From a virus: DNA of 64,000 nt. This document shows positions 58,511 through 64,000 of this stretch, piece after piece. A program made the position numbers and the translations under genes. Position 1 is the stretch's first letter. Every line of letters begins with the position of its first letter. A model generated the notes under the pieces. It did not search any database. It was not told the origin of the DNA and saw nothing but the letters and a program-made list of their open reading frames with translations. The DNA lies in IMG/VR virus record IMGVR_UViG_3300032334_001019, positions 1 to 64,000 of that record, one strand, 5' to 3'.

Positions 58511-58880
58511 AACTCATTTGTGATGACCAAAAGTCATTATTGTCTGTTTCAATTTCATCTACAACGACATGACAATTAGAACAAGTTACCTTGCCATCTA
58601 AGTCAATTTCATAGTAATGTCTACAGTCCATAACTCTATAGTACCACATCAAGGTTAACAGATATCCACAGGTTAGCAGTTATGAGTATAGCCACAATCA
58701 GGACATTTCTCTCCTGGATTTGCTACACAATCATCACACCAATCTGGAGCATCCTTCCAAGATTTACCTAAAGAATCATATTCTGGTTTGTCCATGTGTC
58801 TAGTATATCAAAAGATATTGTAATTTGATAGTGGATTTGTCGATAAATCATCTTACTGATGATATTTCTAGATAGGGTAG

Positions 58881-58910
58881 AAGTGGAGTAAAGTGGAGGA
58901 TAGTGGAGTA
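58881..58910 (+). repeat. Three 10-bp-phased direct repeats (W)AGTGGAG, MraZ-box-like
   Basis: AAGTGGAGTA AAGTGGAGGA TAGTGGAGTA. Confidence 0.75.
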
Positions 58911-59034
58911 CTGAGCATTTATTTGAAGGCGCCGTAATTTCCACAACGGCCAAACCACCTATCTTTCAAACCACCATATCCCTCATATACCACATATGGG
59001 GAATATTGTCAAACCTTCGTAATATTGTTTGGGC

Positions 59035-59063
59035 ATTATATACCCTGAAACAGGGTTTGTCAA
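59035..59063 (-). promoter_or_regulatory. Perfect consensus promoter with palindromic spacer
   Basis: TTGACA-17 nt-TATAAT; spacer holds ACCCTG-TTT-CAGGGT. Confidence 0.7.
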
Positions 59064-59199
59064 GCCCCAAACCACATATATTTGTATAATGTATTGTCGA
59101 CAAATCTCCAAATATCAGAGAAAAATTAAATAAAAATATATAAAGGTTTGATAAATATTTAAATATCAGGATAAAAGGTTTGATATCGTAATATAGGGG

Positions 59200-59436
59200 T
59201 TATTCTGTATCAGAGTTGGCTTGTTTGTATACCTTGCCTAGTTCCCGCCCAATTTTGCGGGGGTTGAGAACCTCTGGATCTACGCCTGATAAATCGGCGG
59301 GGGTAAAAGAGAAGAAACGATTAACAATAGGAACATACTTAGTAACAGATACAAAACCATTCCATAGGTTATCACTGAATGCTTGATATTGTTTTGGATC
59401 TTGCTTAGCATAGTCTGCAAAATGTGATCTTCCCAT
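59200..59436 (-). CDS. Hypothetical protein
   Basis: Leaderless after TGATATAAT. Confidence 0.4.
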   Translation of the reverse strand: MGRSHFADYAKQDPKQYQAFSDNLWNGFVSVTKYVPIVNRFFSFTPADLSGVDPEVLNPRKIGRELGKVYKQANSDTE

Positions 59437-59653
59437 ATAAGAATTATATCATGGTTTGACAAACAAGGTTTTATATGATAAAAGGTTTGGTACGGGGAAA
59501 AGAATTTGTCTTTCGTAATCTGGTTTGGGGAAAATAATTGTTTGATCGTAATATGGTTTGATATGAATGTTTGGTATGTCCGATATGTCCGAATTCACGT
59601 GGCGATTTTCTGGCAGCACAAAGCAGGGGCGCAAGGCCCCCACCTGTGACTGA

Positions 59654-59950
59654 TTATTCTATTGTGTTTTTCTTGATGTGTGACTCTGCCAAGAGAGCAG
59701 GAAGTGTGATTTCATCAAATGATTCAATCTCTTCCTCTGTAAGTTCGATAGCCTGAATAAACATCTCAAACGATTCAACAATGTATTGCTCACCTAGTGG
59801 TGAGATTTCTTTTACTAAACCTTCAGCAACATAGTATGCCAATGGCAATCCAATGTCGTTATACTCAATGAAGTTACTAAAATCCTCATCGTCCCTGAAG
59901 TTAATCCACAGTTCTCCTAAGATCCCTGCCTTGTCTGCCAAATCTACCAT
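59654..59950 (-). CDS. Hypothetical acidic protein
   Basis: 'YNDIGLPLAY' phage protein. Confidence 0.55.
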   Translation of the reverse strand: MVDLADKAGILGELWINFRDDEDFSNFIEYNDIGLPLAYYVAEGLVKEISPLGEQYIVESFEMFIQAIELTEEEIESFDEITLPALLAESHIKKNTIE

Positions 59951-60177
59951 ACTGGTCTCCCTGTCTTTATCTCTTGCATAAGTTTATCATACTCCTCCCC
60001 CGCTGTCAAGGCAACAACCTCAAAGCGGTCATAGACAATCTTAGGCAGGTTTCTAACTAAATAATAACCAACTCGTTCTAGGTCAATAGAAAAGTCCTCT
60101 GTCATCAACTTGCCAATACGCTCTGCTTGTCGTGTTTCTTTGTTTGCACCATTAAGACTAGTAAGCCTTCTAGACAT
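59944..60177 (-). CDS. Hypothetical protein
   Basis: GAGGAG SD. Confidence 0.55.
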   Translation of the reverse strand: MSRRLTSLNGANKETRQAERIGKLMTEDFSIDLERVGYYLVRNLPKIVYDRFEVVALTAGEEYDKLMQEIKTGRPVW

Positions 60178-60260
60178 AGTTCTCCTCTCTATTCATTGTA
60201 CCAAAAAAGTATTGGGGGCGCAAGGTGGCAGGCCCCACGCCCCCTATAGGTAAGGGAGAC

Positions 60261-60623
60261 CTAGGCCCCTACCTCCGCAGCAACAGGTGCATAGGCTAAG
60301 ACAAATACATCCCAGCCAACGGCATTGCCCTGTTCATCAATAACAGTATGATTAATCAAGTCAACAATCACAGTGGTCTCGCCCAAATCATAGTTGGTTC
60401 CAGTGATGGAGTAAATTCCAAAGCCGTGCTCATCCAGAACAGAATCTTGAATAAGATAACTAATCATCATACGGGTGGCATATGATGGATCAGTCCACCT
60501 AGGCTTAGCATGCTCCAGGGCCATGGCAATATCACGACGCCAGCCAGTCTCACCCCAATGGCTGTACAAAACAACTGCAGATGACAGTTCGTCCTTAAAA
60601 ACAAAGTTAATCCGTGCTCCCAT
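60261..60623 (-). CDS. Hypothetical early protein
   Basis: 'MGAR...LYSHWG' motif; AAGGA SD. Confidence 0.6.
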   Translation of the reverse strand: MGARINFVFKDELSSAVVLYSHWGETGWRRDIAMALEHAKPRWTDPSYATRMMISYLIQDSVLDEHGFGIYSITGTNYDLGETTVIVDLINHTVIDEQGNAVGWDVFVLAYAPVAAEVGA

Positions 60624-60768
60624 TAGTTTTCTTCCTTCCAAGATACAATTGATAGTTGACTTAAAATTTCATTGCAAAGGTCAGCCTCATTATCTGATTC
60701 AGCCTCATAACTAAATGTCATGTAATCACCTGTTGGTTCAAAGATGATTTCTACTTTATATTCGTTCA

Positions 60769-61224
60769 TTAGATTGCTCCTAGGTCTCTTAGTTCTTCAA
60801 TACTAGCACAGCCTGCACATTTTTGCAACTCCTCAAACTTTTCAAAATGTAGAGTTGCTTGCTCGTCATCCCATATCATCTCACAATTTGGGCATTCGTA
60901 AGATGGTTCGATAACCGATACCTGATAATCCTTGCTTTCATCCCAAGGTACCTCAGTAACAAAATAGCCAATCCTATTAACAATGCAGCGACCATTAATA
61001 ACATAGGTACCCCCATCATCTCCGTCAATGTATGTCCAAGTATATAATGGGTCAGCGTCAGAAACATACTGTACTTCATCACCGTAGGTCTCAAACATAA
61101 TGCCACCTTCGCCATTGTCAAATGAAGCATTTTCATCTAGATGATTGGTGATAGGCTTGTAGGTCTCTAGCCATTCATCAAAGTCTATCTCTATAAGTTC
61201 GTTAGGCAAAGTACTTCTCCTCAA
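60769..61224 (-). CDS. Hypothetical protein
   Basis: 'FETYG.E...WT...VNRIGY.VTE.PW'; start uncertain. Confidence 0.55.
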   Translation of the reverse strand: MRRSTLPNELIEIDFDEWLETYKPITNHLDENASFDNGEGGIMFETYGDEVQYVSDADPLYTWTYIDGDDGGTYVINGRCIVNRIGYFVTEVPWDESKDYQVSVIEPSYECPNCEMIWDDEQATLHFEKFEELQKCAGCASIEELRDLGAI

Positions 61225-61441
61225 TGTTTTTGCGGTCTATAGATAAATTATAGGTCATGCAGTATGCACTTGTCAAGGCTTCCATATACCCTTCCAAAAA
61301 TCTATCAGCATTGCCTTCCATGGCGTACTCGCACTCCAGCATTTCTTGCTTTAGCCACCCATGCATGAGGTCAATCAGAGGTATAGAGATGTCCTCTAAT
61401 GGTTTAGTTAAATATTCGGGGATGAATGGATACTTACTCAT
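61202..61441 (-). CDS. Hypothetical protein
   Basis: ORF track. Confidence 0.5.
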   Translation of the reverse strand: MSKYPFIPEYLTKPLEDISIPLIDLMHGWLKQEMLECEYAMEGNADRFLEGYMEALTSAYCMTYNLSIDRKNIEEKYFA

Positions 61442-61586
61442 TGATTACTTCAATCAGATGTTTAACAGCATAGATTTGTCCCTCGATATCTACCACATGG
61501 ATAGAGGCTGGGTTTTCTTCAAGGTCTTGTTCAAGACTTATAAGGTGCAGGTTTAGATACTCTTTAAATGTTTTTAGGTCCATATA

Positions 61587-61826
61587 TTAATTATAAGGGT
61601 TGGTGTTGATTTTTACAAGTTTTGCTGGTGTGACCTTCATCACAGGCTCATCGTCAGGTGTTGGATCTTCATCCACATGTGTAACAGTAGTATTCCATTT
61701 GCTTAATAGGATTACATGTGATGTAGCATGGCAAATACAGGCGGGATCAATCTGAGGATTAACAGATGCGCTAATCTCTATAAGAGCATCACAATCAGTA
61801 CAAAGATAACTATACTTAGTCCACAT
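61587..61826 (-). CDS. Small Cys-containing hypothetical protein
   Basis: 'CTDCD...C.C'; AAGGAG SD. Confidence 0.5.
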   Translation of the reverse strand: MWTKYSYLCTDCDALIEISASVNPQIDPACICHATSHVILLSKWNTTVTHVDEDPTPDDEPVMKVTPAKLVKINTNPYN

Positions 61827-62230
61827 ATTAGTCTCCTTGATTAACTAGATAAGCACGAACTTCTTCCAGGGCATCAATAGCCTGTTCACATACTACAATC
61901 ATATCTTCTCTAGTCATTAGTCAAAATACCCTTCTGCCCATAGACCCTGGAGGAATGCATAGGTCTTAGCCAAACCATCAGAAACAGTTTCATCTGTTGT
62001 GTAATCATGAGCGGTACCAACTGAGTTAATCATTTCATCTAACTCTATTTTAGTATATCCTAGCATTATTCAACATACCCCACAATCATTTGCATAGCCT
62101 GGTGTAGGAAGCAATCGCAATCCCCACCATTCATATTTTCCATTAGTTCAAAGTGTGAGAAGTTATCCTCGTAGATAGCGGTAAGTAGTTCATCTATTGT
62201 GTATGGTTTATAGGTCGTTGTCATAGATTA

Positions 62231-62259
62231 ATTCTACCCTAGACTGGGGAAAAATGCAA
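62231..62259 (-). promoter_or_regulatory. Early-type leaderless promoter
   Basis: TTGCAT-17 nt-TAGAAT, ATG 6 nt downstream (62224). Confidence 0.6.
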
Positions 62260-62351
62260 GTCATCTTAAAGTTTTTATATAAGAAATTTCATTGTCCGAA
62301 ATGTCCGTTTTTCACGTCCCGCATTTTTATGCATATCAGTGAATAAAAATT

Positions 62352-62378
62352 GAGCAGTTTATTCTCATGCTCAGGAGA
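62352..62378 (-). other. H-type pseudoknot motif copy 2
   Basis: TCTC-CTGAGCAT-GAGA-ATAAA-CTGCTC just after the DUF932 stop. Confidence 0.6.
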
Positions 62379-62386
62379 TTTTTTAT

Positions 62387-63403
62387 TTATGCAATCTGCA
62401 AAGTGCTTTGCACAATTTTGAGCAAACGATTTTTCTCTGCGTTAATTGCAGGGTCAAATCCGCTTGCACTTGCAAGGATAGATTCGTTAGAACCACCACG
62501 AGCAGAACGATACCAATCTAAACGCTCTGTGAGCGCATTGAAAGCGCCCCATGCGTTACCAGCAATCATTCCGTTAAACTCGCCTGTGTAGATGTCGTTA
62601 ATAACATCGACCTTGTTTTCCCACTTCTTGAACGCACCCTTAGAGTCTTTTTCAGGCTTAGGGTATGCAGCAAGAATGATGTCGTTGAATTGCTTAGCAT
62701 TGACTTCTGTTTCAATCATAGCCTTAGCCATGAGGTCAAAAGAATCCATGTACTTATGAGCCATGCCTAATGTCTCACGAGCAACTTGTACCTTGCCAGC
62801 AGCAGTTTGCGTGTGGCGAATCTTGAAAGATTGCTTGATGCCATTCTTACGCTTAGTAGTGTTAAGTGCAAGATTGAGGGTGTTAGCGCACACAACACGA
62901 ACAGGTGTTATGCTTGCTTGAATAGCGATTGAGCCATCGTGTGATGTGTTGATTAGAAGATAAGTCTTTACCTTATCTGCTACACCGTTAGGGTCAAGAA
63001 CTGTTTCACGCTCTAGTGCTAAAGCGCCAAATACTACACGACCACCCTTGATTGAGCCAGCGGTCTCCCAACGACCTCCGCCGTCAAGAATGTTATCACC
63101 AAATGAAAATAAATCTTCATTCTGCATAACATGATAACGCTCACCTACGACACCTAAAATGTCTGTCTGTGAATTATCTGTAGGGTTAGTACGCAAAACA
63201 TACTGGTATGTCTTGTCGCTTGTTAAATGTGATGGGGTTTCCAAATCTTCCAGACGAACATTCCAACCATTGAGGTTTGCAGCCTCTAGCATTTCTGCTG
63301 TTGTTTTTTCTTCTGTAAATACGGTACCCAATCCATGCCAAGCGGGTTCACGAAATGATGCGAATGAAGCCTTACCATTTTGTGTTTCGATTTCATGTGC
63401 CAT
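62387..63403 (-). CDS. DUF932 (phage/plasmid-like protein, TIGR03299-type)
   Basis: 'PAWHGLG', 'Y..MQN', 'ETAGS..GGR', 'SHDGS', 'RVVCANT', 'RHT'; AAGGAG SD before 63403. Confidence 0.88.
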   Translation of the reverse strand: MAHEIETQNGKASFASFREPAWHGLGTVFTEEKTTAEMLEAANLNGWNVRLEDLETPSHLTSDKTYQYVLRTNPTDNSQTDILGVVGERYHVMQNEDLFSFGDNILDGGGRWETAGSIKGGRVVFGALALERETVLDPNGVADKVKTYLLINTSHDGSIAIQASITPVRVVCANTLNLALNTTKRKNGIKQSFKIRHTQTAAGKVQVARETLGMAHKYMDSFDLMAKAMIETEVNAKQFNDIILAAYPKPEKDSKGAFKKWENKVDVINDIYTGEFNGMIAGNAWGAFNALTERLDWYRSARGGSNESILASASGFDPAINAEKNRLLKIVQSTLQIA

Positions 63404-63434
63404 GAGTTTACTCCTTTGTTGTTGTTGAGATTTA

Positions 63435-63463
63435 AGTATAACAGGATGGGCTGACAAATGCAA
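63435..63463 (-). promoter_or_regulatory. Promoter of DUF932 gene
   Basis: TTGCAT-17 nt-TATACT with TG. Confidence 0.65.
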
Positions 63464-63569
63464 ATCGGGATAGTTAAACATGGGCAATTTGGACATGGGA
63501 AAAGTTTGACTGATCATAACGGCGTGTCGACTTGACAGGGGACGTGGCAAAATTTTGCAGGGATTGAAG

Positions 63570-63597
63570 GAGCAGTTTTAAAACATGCTTAGGTTTT
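63570..63597 (-). other. H-type pseudoknot motif copy 3
   Basis: AAAAC-CTAAGCAT-GTTTT-AAAA-CTGCTC after the stop at 63613. Confidence 0.55.
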
Positions 63598-63612
63598 ATT
63601 AGTAGCCCCCTA

Positions 63613-64000
63613 CTAAATATCGATACGGTCAACACTGGATGATAAATAAGTTACACCCTGTGGTTCTGATACAGAATCAAAATCAATGTCATGAATTAAA
63701 TTCATTGCTGATTCTTCATCTCGTGCATTGACTGTAATTGAATATTGAACTGTAACTTCTAGTTCAAATTCTTTTGATAATTCAAATCCGCAAATATCTG
63801 CAATTGATTGAGCAGTGTCTTCATCAATGGTACCAAATTCCATTGCTTCCAAGGTCCACTCTTGCATTTCGCTACGCATACGGGAGCGCTCTGCAGCCTC
63901 GCCATATGAGCGCTGAGTTACTGTTTGAATGTGCTCTTCAAGTTGCTTGATACGCTCATCCTTTTGTGCAATTTGAGATTGAAGAAAATCTATTGTTGTG
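63613..64000 (-). CDS. Hypothetical protein, 5'-truncated by window
   Basis: Frame remains open from 63879 to the window end (coiled-coil N-part). Confidence 0.55.
   Translation of the reverse strand, partial: TTIDFLQSQIAQKDERIKQLEEHIQTVTQRSYGEAAERSRMRSEMQEWTLEAMEFGTIDEDTAQSIADICGFELSKEFELEVTVQYSITVNARDEESAMNLIHDIDFDSVSEPQGVTYLSSSVDRIDI

Noticed and set aside
59449-59756. ORFs 59449-59643 (-) and 59571-59756 (+)
   Set aside because: They overlap the repeat/regulatory region with atypical composition and no start signals; likely spurious.
59625-60245. Two similar GC-rich GGGGCGCAAGG elements (about 59626 and 60215)
   Set aside because: Most simply terminator-like hairpins after minus-strand genes; two copies without clear covariation are not enough to claim a motif.
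63404-63550. N-terminal extension of the DUF932 ORF, and similar extensions at 4054, 12625, 17812, 36126, 39642 and 46128
   Set aside because: Better starts with an SD or promoter exist downstream; the extensions overlap promoters or other genes.
1-64000. Stop-codon reassignment or integrase/prophage boundary
   Set aside because: Genes are full length in the standard code, no suppressor tRNA is present, and no integrase or host housekeeping block was seen.

Overview
AT-rich segment of a large tailed dsDNA phage, most likely a freshwater or soil actinobacteriophage. The host inference rests on WhiB, a DnaE-type polymerase, pervasive leaderless extended -10 promoters and a gene order recalling large Streptomyces BE/BK-like and acI-type phages. 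From left to right: (1) the end of a tail/baseplate module (1-3977); (2) replication and recombination genes (DnaB, primase, SSB, DnaE, RecA, resolvases, Cas4-like nuclease), interrupted by four tandem 2OG-Fe(II) oxygenases; (3) terminase; (4) secreted and surface proteins; (5) a large modification and auxiliary arsenal: DUF6065-like paralogs, a GT60-like transferase next to prolyl-hydroxylase-like oxygenases, SGNH proteins, a NodU carbamoyltransferase, an APS kinase-nucleotidyltransferase fusion, four sulfotransferases, a flavin halogenase, a GT61 pair, two RsmI-like methyltransferases, Hsp20, Dps and thioredoxin; (6) six tRNAs, including tRNA-Ile(UAU); (7) after a strand switch near 49.1 kb, minus-strand early-type small genes and a repeat-rich non-coding region. 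The most notable signals are a three-copy covarying RNA pseudoknot at transcript 3' ends, one copy of which ends a candidate ncRNA; a ROSE-like thermometer on the phage Hsp20; a triple MraZ-box-like array; an AUA-initiated surface protein; and putative PAPS-sulfation and hydroxyproline-glycosylation pathways. All assignments come from motif recognition by eye; no database searches were run.
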